DNA from: an uncultured Veillonellaceae bacterium
GTDB taxonomy: Bacteria; Bacillota; Negativicutes; JARBTT01
Assembly: GCA_963805085.1 (NCBI GenBank)
Contig: CAWDTA010000003.1
Location: 32,001-96,000, forward strand
Direction: 5' to 3'
Length of the DNA: 64,000 bases
The position numbers and the translations under genes were made by a program. The notes under the pieces are model-generated. The model was given only the letters and a program-made list of their open reading frames with translations. It was not told the origin of the DNA and made no database searches. Positions 29,258-39,496 of the stretch are shown in pieces (the first letter of the stretch is position 1; the number at the start of each line of letters is the position of its first letter).

Positions 29258-31279
29258 ATGAAAAATTTAGTTGTGATTGCTATGGGGAAAAATACCTCTA
29301 CCGCATTTCGTGAACAATTGCATCGACTGCTAGGCAATAGAGTTAATGTAAATAATTATAATATAGAAGGTAATGTGCTTCCTACCAATATTAAAGCCGA
29401 CCTCGTTTTATTTGCGAGTCAAGCTGCATATAGACGAGCGATCGCCTGTGTGAACAAAACCTGTCCGGTATTAATTGCGCGGCGATCCATCAATTATCAT
29501 GAAGTGAATAAATTATTTGAGATTGAGGCAGGGACTGATGTACTGTTGGTTAATGATTTAGCATCAAGTGCAAATCAAACCATTGCGCTGCTACAGACAT
29601 TGGGGATTGACCATATTAATTATTATCCGTATGCACCGCAAACTTTAAATTATCCTAAATTAAAAATTGCCGTTACTCCTGGAGAAAGAGAACTTGTTCC
29701 GGATTTTGTCGAAGAAATTATTGATATAAAAACACGGCTAATAGACATTACTACTTTGGTAGAAGTGCTGATTCAGCTAAATTTGTTGAGGATATACGCA
29801 GATTTCATGTCCGCAAATTATGTACAAGATATCATTCGTTTAATTAAAAATGACAATCAGATGATTTATGAAAGTAATAAAATTAAGGCGCAATTTGAAA
29901 CTGTTATTGATACAGTTCATGATGGGATTATTGCAATTGATGGTTACGGAAAAATTTCTATATTTAACCCGGTTGCTGAAAAATTATTGAATATAAAAGC
30001 AGAACAGGCAGTAGGATATTCTGTTAATCAAATAACAAATGCTAATCTATTATATATTTTAGATGAAAAAAATAAAATAAAAGAGTCTTTGGTAAAGGTA
30101 AATCGACATTATTTGATCGTTAATATCGCTTATATGCATCCAGAAAATCCGGAATTTGGTCGTGTTTATACATTTAGAGATGTTTCAGAAATTAGGCGTT
30201 TGGAAGAGTCGATAAGGCGCAAGCTGATTCAGGAACAGAAAATCGCCAAATATACATTTTCCCAAGTGGTCGGACAAAGTCCAGTAATTAAGCAGATGTT
30301 AAATATTGCGGAGAAAATGGCGTTATCAAATTCGACGATTTTAATTCAGGGAGAAAGCGGTACTGGTAAAGAAATCATCGCGCAGGGAATTCATAATGCG
30401 TCTCCACGTAGTAGTGGGCCATTTATTGCGGTTAATTTTGCTGCTTTAACGGAAAATTTATTAGAGTCAGAGCTATTTGGTTATGTAGAAGGAGCTTTCA
30501 CCGGTGCTATGCGTGGTGGGGCACCAGGCTTATTTGAAGAAGCCCATAAAGGAACTATTTTTCTCGATGAAATCGGGGATGCTCCTTTGGCTTTCCAGGT
30601 GAAACTATTGCGTGTCTTACAGGAACAACAGATAAGGCGAGTTGGCAGCTCCAAGCTAATTCCGATTGATGTTAGGGTGATAGTCGCGACCAATCGTGAT
30701 TTGAAAGAATTGATCAAAAAAGGAGAGTTTCGTCAGGATCTGTATTATCGGTTAAATGTTTTACCCATTAAAGTCCCACCACTTCGCGAGCGAGGAAAAG
30801 ATATTTTATTATTAGCAAAAGCTTTTTATCAAAATCACGCAAAGGAACGTGGTGATTACGAAGCTGAACAATATTTCGAACAGGTAGCATCTTGCTTTTT
30901 AGAGTATAGTTGGCCAGGCAATATCCGTGAATTGCAAAATGTAGTTGAATATTTAGTAAATGTCTGTCCGGATGCTTTGCCCGAGATCGATCTTTTACCA
31001 GATGAATTTAGAGTGAATTATCAGGACGGATTTTCAGTAAAGAAAATTTATAAAGAAACTGAAGCAGAAATTGCGAAACGAATTTATGCTGAAATTGATT
31101 TAGCAAATAAACAAAATTATTCAATTGGTCGGCGGTCGTTAGCTGAACGATTATCCCTACCAGAAAATCAAGTGCGTTATGTATTGCAGAAAATGCAGGC
31201 TGAGAACCGAGTGATTTTACAAAGAGGTCGTAAAGGGCTAAAAATCAATACGGAGTTTGTGGAAAATAGCATTGATTAA
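29258..31279 (+). CDS. Sigma-54-dependent activator (PAS + AAA+)
   Basis: GESGTGKE, ESELFG, GAFTGA, FLDEIG, WPGNIREL; divergent from the iadA operon. Confidence 0.93.
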   Translation: MKNLVVIAMGKNTSTAFREQLHRLLGNRVNVNNYNIEGNVLPTNIKADLVLFASQAAYRRAIACVNKTCPVLIARRSINYHEVNKLFEIEAGTDVLLVNDLASSANQTIALLQTLGIDHINYYPYAPQTLNYPKLKIAVTPGERELVPDFVEEIIDIKTRLIDITTLVEVLIQLNLLRIYADFMSANYVQDIIRLIKNDNQMIYESNKIKAQFETVIDTVHDGIIAIDGYGKISIFNPVAEKLLNIKAEQAVGYSVNQITNANLLYILDEKNKIKESLVKVNRHYLIVNIAYMHPENPEFGRVYTFRDVSEIRRLEESIRRKLIQEQKIAKYTFSQVVGQSPVIKQMLNIAEKMALSNSTILIQGESGTGKEIIAQGIHNASPRSSGPFIAVNFAALTENLLESELFGYVEGAFTGAMRGGAPGLFEEAHKGTIFLDEIGDAPLAFQVKLLRVLQEQQIRRVGSSKLIPIDVRVIVATNRDLKELIKKGEFRQDLYYRLNVLPIKVPPLRERGKDILLLAKAFYQNHAKERGDYEAEQYFEQVASCFLEYSWPGNIRELQNVVEYLVNVCPDALPEIDLLPDEFRVNYQDGFSVKKIYKETEAEIAKRIYAEIDLANKQNYSIGRRSLAERLSLPENQVRYVLQKMQAENRVILQRGRKGLKINTEFVENSID

Positions 31280-31559
31280 TGAAAAGAAATTTACATTATT
31301 TACAAAATACAACCAGCACCTTCTTAGGTGCTGGTTTTCATACTATATCAATATAAATCAATAGAACAAAATATCAAATAGAGCGTGCGATATTTAAAAG
31401 AGAAGAGATAAAGGTTTGGCAAGGAAATTGTTCCTTTTGCATTAATTAAACTATTAGAATGTCAGTGATTTTTAGTTTATTAGAGATGCCCATTTTTTTA
31501 TCTAAAAATCTATTGTTATAATTAATTATTTGCTTCTATGTTTTTTACCAAATTTATCT

Positions 31560-31586
31560 TAAGAAAATACTCCTTTATTACGATAA
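31560..31586 (+). promoter_or_regulatory. Putative sigma-28 (SigD/FliA) promoter
   Basis: TAAG-15-TACGATAA versus consensus TAAA-15-GCCGATAA. Confidence 0.5.
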
Positions 31587-31674
31587 TAATGATGAGTTCT
31601 GTAACTAGAAGGGAATCTTAGTTGAAATAAAATTTATGGATAAATCGTAATAAATTGTAATGGAGGAATATGGT

Positions 31675-32559
31675 ATGAAAATAAGTGGTTCTTCATCAGA
31701 TTATGCGAGTTTACTTTCTAGTTTATCCAGTATGTTGGGGCAACAACAAGCGCAACAAAGTGCCACGACTTCATTTTCAACCGATCAAGAAGCAAGCAGT
31801 GTTTCGTCGGTAACATCGGGTGCGCCGCCTAAAACAAGCGCTCAGTTGTTGCAGGAGCTGGCAGCGTATCTGCAGGCAACGAGTCAAGCCGTAACAACGA
31901 ATACAACATCTTCAACTGTAGAAACAGAGAATGTTCCAGCGGTAAGTTCTGTTACTGCCAAAACAAGTGATGATTTATTGCAAGAACTGGCGCAGTATAT
32001 AAATGGAACCAACACAACGACAGATACGACTAACAATGCTGATGAATTTTTACAAGACTTAGCAGATTATTTGAAAAACACGAATACATCAGAAAATGCA
32101 AGTAAGCCAAAAACAAGTGACGAGATCTTGAAAGAGTTAGCGGATTATCTAAAATCGGCTAATACATCAGACACATCCAGTACGACGGGCGAGACAAAAA
32201 CTGCTGATCAAGTCTTAAAAGATCTAGTAGATTATATAAAATCAGCTAATAAATCTGAGACACCAAGTACGATAACAGATACAAGTGATAAGTTGTTGAA
32301 AGATTTGGTAGACTATATTAAATCGGTGAATACATCGACGACATCAAGTTCAGTCTCAACTGCGGCAGTGGATACAACAAAAACAAGTGATGAAATATTG
32401 AAATCTTTATCCGATTATATTAATTCGTTAGAATCATCTAATACATCAAGTACATTGAGTACAACGAGCACATTAAGTGAAGATGATTTTAAAAACTTGA
32501 TGCAACAATATCAATTGGCAAGTGCTTCTTATGATAGCAATTCCAAATACATAGAGTAG
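31675..32559 (+). CDS. Hypothetical S/T-rich protein with 7-8 amphipathic helical repeats
   Basis: Repeated (K)TSDE(I/L)L(K/Q)(E/D)LADY(L/I)KS motif; ATG 31675 after GGAGG. Confidence 0.8.
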   Translation: MKISGSSSDYASLLSSLSSMLGQQQAQQSATTSFSTDQEASSVSSVTSGAPPKTSAQLLQELAAYLQATSQAVTTNTTSSTVETENVPAVSSVTAKTSDDLLQELAQYINGTNTTTDTTNNADEFLQDLADYLKNTNTSENASKPKTSDEILKELADYLKSANTSDTSSTTGETKTADQVLKDLVDYIKSANKSETPSTITDTSDKLLKDLVDYIKSVNTSTTSSSVSTAAVDTTKTSDEILKSLSDYINSLESSNTSSTLSTTSTLSEDDFKNLMQQYQLASASYDSNSKYIE

Positions 32560-32702
32560 TTATACTATTTAATAGCTAGATAAAATTTAAAACGGGCATC
32601 GACTTTGCATTGTGAAGTTGATGCCTGTTATTTTTTTACGCGGAAAAAATAAAACTGACACCATGTGATGATGTCAGTTTAGAGCAATTTAGTAATGAAG
32701 TT

Positions 32703-33479
32703 TTAGTGGTTATTCAAGGCGGTTAAATACTGATCTTGTACTGTAGTAATATTATGCAACGCATTTTTGATATTTGTATTTGCATACTCAAAAACCATAG
32801 TGGCCGTAGGTGCAGAAGCTTGAATGGATTCAAAGAATGGTTTCCATTCAATGTTACCTTCACCAATCGGCAAATGTTCATCGAGAGCACCTTGATTGTC
32901 ATGAAGATGACAGGCTTTTAGGCGATTTCCTAGAGCGTGGACTATTTCAGGTAAATTCCAACCATTTATATGGGCATGACCGACGTCAAATAATGCGTCT
33001 GCTTCTGGGAGATCAGTGAGTAATTCAAGAAATTCTGGTTGGTCATAAAGGAGTGAATGCTTATTATAGAGGCCCACATTTTCAATTAAAACTTGGACAT
33101 GGTAAGTGGCGGCTAATGCTAAAATTTCTTTAAGACGGCTTTTGACCAATTGTCGTAGAGTTACTTTATCACCATCAAACGCTTCGTTCGTATGAACGAC
33201 TACATATTCCATATGCCAAGCAGCGGCAAATGAAAAGACATTTTTATATATGGTTAAATAATTTGTATTTTGGATATCTGCTAAATTATTGCTAATACAA
33301 GGAGCATGCATGCTTAAGCCCTGTGGAGTGCGCGAAATATATATTTCTTTTAAAATTTGATTCCAGTAAAAATCATTTCCGAATTCATAAAAAATTTCGA
33401 TTCCAATATTTTCGGGAAGCTTTTTTAGGGCAGAGTATTCAAACCCAGTGAAGGATAAATTACTAATGGCTAAGTTCAT
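32703..33479 (-). CDS. Sugar-phosphate isomerase/AP-endonuclease-2 TIM-barrel protein
   Basis: LIEN, FDVGH, HLHDN, DEHLPIGEG, FE. Confidence 0.85.
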   Translation of the reverse strand: MNLAISNLSFTGFEYSALKKLPENIGIEIFYEFGNDFYWNQILKEIYISRTPQGLSMHAPCISNNLADIQNTNYLTIYKNVFSFAAAWHMEYVVVHTNEAFDGDKVTLRQLVKSRLKEILALAATYHVQVLIENVGLYNKHSLLYDQPEFLELLTDLPEADALFDVGHAHINGWNLPEIVHALGNRLKACHLHDNQGALDEHLPIGEGNIEWKPFFESIQASAPTATMVFEYANTNIKNALHNITTVQDQYLTALNNH

Positions 33480-33509
33480 GGATTGTTCCTCCTTAGAATG
33501 CTTTGATCA

Positions 33510-34607
33510 TTAAGCGAGTTGCGTACGAATTCTTTGTTCTGGATAGCCAATATTAGTGCCGTTGGCGTCATCAAATAGGCTGACATGGTTCCAAGAAAAT
33601 GAAAGATTTACCGATCCTTCTGCAATGATTTGTTCGGCGGGGGCCATGCATAGTACTTTCTGCCCTCCTTGGGTTAGGCGAACGTGGATGCAATGCTGAC
33701 TGCCAAGATGCTCAATAAAGTCGGTAGTTCCTGCAAGTGAACTTTTGCTAGTCAAAGAGCAATGTTCTGGTCTTATTCCTAATGATAATTGGGGATATTG
33801 TGCAACACGAGGGAGCCATTCGACAGGAATAGATACGCGTGTTCCATCTATCCATAGCGCACCATCTTCAAACTTACATTTGAGGAGGTTCATTGGTGGG
33901 ATGCCAATAAAGGAAGCGACAAAGACATTGGCAGGTTTAGTATAAATATTGTCGGGTGTATCTAGTTGTTGTAAAACTCCGTGTTTCATAATCGCAATAC
34001 GCTGTCCAACGGTCATAGCTTCTATTTGGTCATGTGTAACATATATCATGGTAGATTGATATATTTCGTGGATTTTTACTAACTCTGTTCTGGCTTGCTG
34101 GCGAAGTTGGGCGTCAAGGTTAGAGAGGGGCTCATCTAAGAGAAAGAAAGGAGCCTGTTTTACGAGCGCACGTCCTAAGGCTACGCGTTGTTTTTGTCCG
34201 CCTGAAAGCTCGCTTGGCTTACGTTGTTCATAGCCCGATAAGTTTAGAATTTCGAGGGCTGTTTTTACGCGAGATTTAATTTCATCTGTAGGTAATTTTT
34301 GAATATTGAGCCCAAAGGTAATGTTTTCCCATACTGTCATGTGCGGATATAAGGCATAGTTTTGGAATACCATGGCAACGTTGCGCTGGCCAGGTGCAAG
34401 GTCATTGACTACTTTGCCACCCATTTTTAGGGTTCCAGAGGTTATACTTTCTAGTCCAGCTACCATGCGTAATGTAGTGGTTTTGCCACAACCGGATGGG
34501 CCAAGTAGAATCAAGCGCTCTCCTTGTTTTATCGTTAAATTTAGGTTGGTTACTACATTCGTATCGTTATAGGACTTGCATACATCTTCAAAGATAATTC
34601 CATTCAT
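33510..34607 (-). CDS. ABC transporter ATPase (UgpC/MalK-like)
   Basis: GPSGCGKT, LSGGQ, LLDEPLSNLD; likely start MNGIIFE. Confidence 0.93.
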   Translation of the reverse strand: MNGIIFEDVCKSYNDTNVVTNLNLTIKQGERLILLGPSGCGKTTTLRMVAGLESITSGTLKMGGKVVNDLAPGQRNVAMVFQNYALYPHMTVWENITFGLNIQKLPTDEIKSRVKTALEILNLSGYEQRKPSELSGGQKQRVALGRALVKQAPFFLLDEPLSNLDAQLRQQARTELVKIHEIYQSTMIYVTHDQIEAMTVGQRIAIMKHGVLQQLDTPDNIYTKPANVFVASFIGIPPMNLLKCKFEDGALWIDGTRVSIPVEWLPRVAQYPQLSLGIRPEHCSLTSKSSLAGTTDFIEHLGSQHCIHVRLTQGGQKVLCMAPAEQIIAEGSVNLSFSWNHVSLFDDANGTNIGYPEQRIRTQLA

Positions 34608-34615
34608 TTTAAAAT

Positions 34616-35443
34616 CTATCCTTTCACACCAGATTGCAGAAATGTATTGATAATAAAGCGTTGGCAAACTAAGTATAAAAGCAGTGGCGGTAAGGAGGTG
34701 AGTGTAGCCACCGCCATGGCAATACCCCATTCACTGCCGCCTTCGGCGCTGATAAACATTTGTAGTGCAATTGGCAGTGTATAGCTAGCCTTGTCATTTA
34801 GTACGAGTAGTGGCCAGAAGTATTGATTCCACGAATCGATAAAGAAGACAATTCCCATTGCAAAGATGGCGGGTTTGATGAGTGGTAACATGATACGGGT
34901 CAAAATGTGCCAAGAACTGGCATTTTCTAATTGCCCTGCCTCAATAAGGGGCTTGGGAATACCACGCATTGTTTGGCGCATCAGAAAGATTCCCATGCCA
35001 TCAGCTAACTGTGGCAATATGACGCCTAGTGGAGTATTTAGTAAGCCAAGCTTAGATATTAGCAAGTAGTTTGGCATAATGATCACAGTGATCGGAATGA
35101 AAAAGGTAAACAATAGTGCATTAAAGATTTTTTCTTTATGGGGAAAATCATAATAAACAAAGGCAAAGCCTGCGATGAGACTGGTGAAAATTTTGGCAAT
35201 AGTAATACCGCTGGCAACGATAAATGTATTGATGATATAGCTGCCGAGTGGTAGGGTATGAAGTACGCGTAAATAATTATCTAAGATAACGGAAGTAGGA
35301 AAAGGATTTAGAGTAGCAGTAAAAATTTGATCCATCGTTTTAAACGAAGTGGAAACCATAAACAATAGCGGCCATAACTCTATTAAAACAACTACAAACA
35401 GTAAAATATGCCAATGAAAATTGTAGTTTTTATTAATTTTCAT
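34616..35443 (-). CDS. CUT1 ABC permease (UgpE-like)
   Basis: EAA-like loop, WNQYFWPL. Confidence 0.9.
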   Translation of the reverse strand: MKINKNYNFHWHILLFVVVLIELWPLLFMVSTSFKTMDQIFTATLNPFPTSVILDNYLRVLHTLPLGSYIINTFIVASGITIAKIFTSLIAGFAFVYYDFPHKEKIFNALLFTFFIPITVIIMPNYLLISKLGLLNTPLGVILPQLADGMGIFLMRQTMRGIPKPLIEAGQLENASSWHILTRIMLPLIKPAIFAMGIVFFIDSWNQYFWPLLVLNDKASYTLPIALQMFISAEGGSEWGIAMAVATLTSLPPLLLYLVCQRFIINTFLQSGVKG

Positions 35444-36311
35444 AGTGCACCAACTTATTTAAGAATTTGCTCTTAATTACTAAAAAGCCAGCGTATACAA
35501 GCATGGTGAGTACAGCAAAGGCAGAGGCTTTACCTGTTTGGAAAAATACAAAGCCATATTGATAGACAATATATACTAAATTCGTACTGCCTTGATCGGG
35601 GCCGCCTTGCGTCAGCATATTAATTGGAACCAAGACATATTGTAAGCCAAAGACAATGGTAATAACGAAAACGTATAGTGCAGTTGGTGAAGTAATGGGT
35701 ACGATGATATGACGGAATATATGCCAATTTGAGGCATTTTCCAATTTAGCGGCTTCGATTAGATCCATGGGAACAGCTACCATGGCTGAGAAGAGGACAA
35801 TCAAGTTATAGCCAAATACTTTCCACCCAATGATGAAGCTAATCGCCATAATCACAAAACTAGGATCTTTAAACCAGCTTGGTGAATCTAAACCTATAGT
35901 TGATAATAGTAAACTAATTGGGCCAGCTAATGGATTAAATATCCAGAGAAAAATAATACTAGCTACTGCTAGGGATAAGGTACTGGGAATAAATAATAGT
36001 GAACGATAAAAAAAGCTAAAACGATGAATTCTGTGCGCCATGACAAAGGATAATAGATAAGGCAACAGAAAATTAATGCTTACTAGGATTGTGATATAAA
36101 GGAAGGTATTAGAAAGTACTTTTAGTAATTCTGGTCCAGATATCAGCTGGAGGTAGTTTTGCAGACCGATAAATTTCATATTTGGACTGACCATATTCCA
36201 AGAATGGAAACTTAGCCAGATATCCTGTAATAAGGGCCAGTAGGAGAATAACAAGGATACAATGACTGCAGGAGCTAGAAACAATGCTGGTCGCCAATGG
36301 TAATGCTTCAT
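35433..36311 (-). CDS. CUT1 ABC permease (UgpA-like)
   Basis: FIGLQNY, EAAKLE, TQGGP; likely start MKHYHW. Confidence 0.9.
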   Translation of the reverse strand: MKHYHWRPALFLAPAVIVSLLFSYWPLLQDIWLSFHSWNMVSPNMKFIGLQNYLQLISGPELLKVLSNTFLYITILVSINFLLPYLLSFVMAHRIHRFSFFYRSLLFIPSTLSLAVASIIFLWIFNPLAGPISLLLSTIGLDSPSWFKDPSFVIMAISFIIGWKVFGYNLIVLFSAMVAVPMDLIEAAKLENASNWHIFRHIIVPITSPTALYVFVITIVFGLQYVLVPINMLTQGGPDQGSTNLVYIVYQYGFVFFQTGKASAFAVLTMLVYAGFLVIKSKFLNKLVHYEN

Positions 36312-36399
36312 GTTTTTAATCCTTTCCACTTTTTCATAGATAATAAAGAATGCCGAATAAGCCGGTGGGCTATTGCGGCATTCTTTTATATAGACGTAC

Positions 36400-37701
36400 T
36401 TATTGAAGAAGGGCATTTACTTTATCAGCAGCTTGTTTTAGTGCATCGGCGGCTGATTGTTTGCCACTTAAAATCACATCTCGTACATCAATCAGTGCTT
36501 GTTCAGCCTGTAGTCCATTAGCACCAGGGAAACTTGCCCATTTTACAACATCGGGCATTTGTGACATAGCGGATTGCATATTTTTATTTTGTGCAACAAA
36601 ATCTTTTAACCCATTCGGATCTTCGGTTACTCCCTTACGTGGTGGTAAGTACCCAGTTCCTTTTGTCCAAAGAGCCAAAGAAGCAGGGGTTTCAAGGAAT
36701 TTAACAAAACGCCAAGCTGCTTTTTGTTTTTCAGCATCTTTGGAAAAAATCATTAACATATTACCGCCAGCTGGTACTTTTCTTGCCTTGCCATCAAAAG
36801 TTGGGAAAGCGGTACTCATAACAGTAAATTTGGCACTTTTTTCAAAATTTTCTCGTTTGCCAATCGTTGTACAGACCATACCGACTTTACCACTGAGAAA
36901 AGCTTGAAAAGCTTCTTCGTTGCTTGCATGAAGACCAGTGCCTGCTTTCACCATATCGGCAATGATTTGATATGCTTGAGCTGCTTCTGGAGAATCAAAG
37001 GCTGCTGCGATTTTACTATCTTTTTTAGTTAACATTTTACCGCCGTTAGATTCAATTAAGGCTTGTTGTGCCCAGTTGTCTGCGTATTCTTGCATGAAGA
37101 AACCAACATTGCCAGTCTTATCTTTGATTGTTTGCGCATATTGTGTTACTTCTTGCCAAGTGCGTGGCGGTTTATTAGGGTCTAGTCCAGCTTGTTTAAG
37201 AATATCGGGATTGTAATATAATACAGGAACACTTACTGAATATGGTAGACCAATTTGTTTGCCATCATCGGTTGTTGCCAAGGCGATAATGTTCGGCAGA
37301 AAATTATCTTGCATGAAGTTTTTATCTTCAGGAGCTTGTTTACTTAAGAGTTCTGGGATGTCATCATACTTTAAATTTTCACCTGCATAATTTAAGTAGC
37401 TATAGCCCATTTGCACAACATCTGGATTTTTACCAGAGGCCATTGCTGCTTGGAGGTTTTGTGTTAGGCCTTTATACATATCAGGATTGTATTTTTCTAC
37501 GACCTCAATATCAGGATTTTCTTTATTAAACTCTTCAATTAGCTGTTTAACTGTAGTACCACCAAAACTTTCGGCATTTACATGCCAATATTCAATCGTA
37601 ACTTTTTGATTGCTTTTTTGTGCAGTACCACAGCCAGAAAGGGCAATGGCAAAGGCACTTAAACATAAGAATACAATCAGTTTTGTGAATCTTTTCAACA
37701 C
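36400..37701 (-). CDS. ABC solute-binding lipoprotein (UgpB-like)
   Basis: Lipobox LSGC; SVPVLYYN, PPRTWQE, TGYLP. Confidence 0.88.
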   Translation of the reverse strand: MLKRFTKLIVFLCLSAFAIALSGCGTAQKSNQKVTIEYWHVNAESFGGTTVKQLIEEFNKENPDIEVVEKYNPDMYKGLTQNLQAAMASGKNPDVVQMGYSYLNYAGENLKYDDIPELLSKQAPEDKNFMQDNFLPNIIALATTDDGKQIGLPYSVSVPVLYYNPDILKQAGLDPNKPPRTWQEVTQYAQTIKDKTGNVGFFMQEYADNWAQQALIESNGGKMLTKKDSKIAAAFDSPEAAQAYQIIADMVKAGTGLHASNEEAFQAFLSGKVGMVCTTIGKRENFEKSAKFTVMSTAFPTFDGKARKVPAGGNMLMIFSKDAEKQKAAWRFVKFLETPASLALWTKGTGYLPPRKGVTEDPNGLKDFVAQNKNMQSAMSQMPDVVKWASFPGANGLQAEQALIDVRDVILSGKQSAADALKQAADKVNALLQ

Positions 37702-37763
37702 AGATACCTCCCCAAATTTATAATGTATACGTTTTTAAGTTTAACTTGCGCTGAGATAGAGTT

Positions 37764-37791
37764 GGTTAAGAAGATGTTAAGATTAGATTAA
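37764..37791 (-). promoter_or_regulatory. Pho-box-like direct repeats
   Basis: Minus strand TTAATC/TTAACA/TTAACC at 11-bp period upstream of the ugp-like operon. Confidence 0.55.
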
Positions 37792-37915
37792 TTTATATTA
37801 ATAAACTAAAACATAACATTTATTAATGGGGCGGCTATACAGAAAAGTGCTAGATTGGAAAATAAAACAGGCCCCGACTTTGCATCGGGCAAAGTTGGGG
37901 CCTGTTATTTTTTGG

Positions 37916-38359
37916 TTATATTCCGTGTGAATATAACGGCGTTGTAATGTTATAATTAAAACTAGCTGGGATACTTTTTTCGATCAATTTACTTGTCGTT
38001 TTTGATTTGCTGTAGACCTTGAACGCAATTACTTTTTGTTGTTCATGATTAAAGCAAACATTGGTACTTATTTGTAAATTATAACTTCTTAGTTTGTCAG
38101 CAAAAGCTTTACCTGTTTCAAGATTTTGCGAGGTTACCTCATAGACAAATACTTTATCTTTATCTAAGTAATGTAATACTTTAGGGGGCAGATAATTGCC
38201 TAAGAAGGTAGCCAAGAATATTGCTGCATATGCATATTCTCCGGTTTGCTGTGATGCGTATACGAAAGCTACGACGCTTAGAGAAGCACATACAGCTGCG
38301 GCAAAATATTTGTCCTTACATACAAATATCGTTTTGAAAACATTAAACCCGCAATCCAC
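37916..38359 (-). CDS. Hypothetical membrane protein (about 3 TM plus soluble C-terminal domain)
   Basis: 147-aa ORF with hydrophobic N-terminal half; true start may be further upstream, near AGGTG at about 38415. Confidence 0.65.
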   Translation of the reverse strand: MDCGFNVFKTIFVCKDKYFAAAVCASLSVVAFVYASQQTGEYAYAAIFLATFLGNYLPPKVLHYLDKDKVFVYEVTSQNLETGKAFADKLRSYNLQISTNVCFNHEQQKVIAFKVYSKSKTTSKLIEKSIPASFNYNITTPLYSHGI

Positions 38360-38541
38360 TAGTTTTATCGAAAATAGTGGAATTAAGGATAGTAAGATTG
38401 TAATTATTTTATCACCTACATTTCATTATATTAAGCAGTCTCCGTCACATATAAAAAAAAGAACTCCCCTCGCTAACCATTAAGCAAGTGACTTCATTCT
38501 AATAGCACCTATATAGTAAAGTAAAAAAAGCTTATAAAGGT

Positions 38542-38570
38542 ATGATATCCTATTGAAGCTGATTTGTCAA
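38542..38570 (-). promoter_or_regulatory. Sigma-A promoter
   Basis: TTGACA-17-TATCAT on the minus strand. Confidence 0.7.
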
Positions 38571-38740
38571 GAAAATTATTTTGGTGATGTCATAGGCATA
38601 CTAAATTAAAACATATAATATAGAAATATTGCGAATCCATCATAAAATCATGGAAAAGTTTGGGGCTTTAAGTAATTGCTTTTTGACAGAATAATGGATA
38701 TTATAAATTTATTATAGTACAAGCCTGTTACCGAAAAAAA

Positions 38741-38769
38741 TTGACTTTCTCATAATTGGAAAATATAAT
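38741..38769 (+). promoter_or_regulatory. Sigma-A promoter of lepB
   Basis: TTGACT-17-TATAAT. Confidence 0.75.
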
Positions 38770-38802
38770 CATATTACAATGTAATACAAAGGAGGACGTA
38801 TC

Positions 38803-39348
38803 ATGAATTTAATTCATACTATTCAGGAGTGGATTTGGAGTTTTATTGTTGCTCTTGGAATAGCTTTTTTTATTAATATTTTTGTTGGTGAGCATATGGT
38901 GGTAGAAGGACATTCAATGGATCCAACATTACAAAATCAAGAACACTTAGTAGTATCTAAGTTATCTCGCACGCTGAATCAATTACCTGCATATGGCGAT
39001 ATTGTTATCGTTGATAGTCGGGTAAATAGAGAACGGAGTGTAAAAGACAATTTAGCAGAACCTGTTGCAAAATTTATTAGTCAACAAAATTATATTTATG
39101 TTAAAAGGGTAATAGGCAGACCTGGAGATGTACTAGAATTTAAAGATGGCAGCGTTTTTAGGAATAGTGTAAAGCTTGATGAGCCATATATTTTAGAGCC
39201 TATGAAGTATTCTGTAGACAAAACAGTTATCGTGCCAGATAAAAGTATATTTGTAATGGGCGATAATCGAAACAATAGTATGGACAGTAGATTTATTGGA
39301 AATATTCCATTAGATCATGTTTTAGGCGTAATGTTTGCTAAAATTTAA
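38803..39348 (+). CDS. lepB: Signal peptidase I
   Basis: GHSMDPT, YVKRVIG, GDNRNNSMDSR. Confidence 0.95.
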   Translation: MNLIHTIQEWIWSFIVALGIAFFINIFVGEHMVVEGHSMDPTLQNQEHLVVSKLSRTLNQLPAYGDIVIVDSRVNRERSVKDNLAEPVAKFISQQNYIYVKRVIGRPGDVLEFKDGSVFRNSVKLDEPYILEPMKYSVDKTVIVPDKSIFVMGDNRNNSMDSRFIGNIPLDHVLGVMFAKI

Positions 39349-39496
39349 AACTGCTAAATTAGAAGATAAAAAATTAAAATGAGAATAAATTAAGAGGGAT
39401 ATTCGTGTAGATATTGTGCGAATATTTCTTTTTGACCGTGGAAATAATGGGGCTGATTTGCGCAGCTTAGTGTGGGTAGCTAAATGAGGTGATGAA

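Noticed and set aside
38455-38515. Fluoride or cobalamin riboswitch
   Set aside because: Only short fragments resemble the motifs (GCGAGGGGAGUUC, AGGUG); the required pairing and conserved cores are absent.
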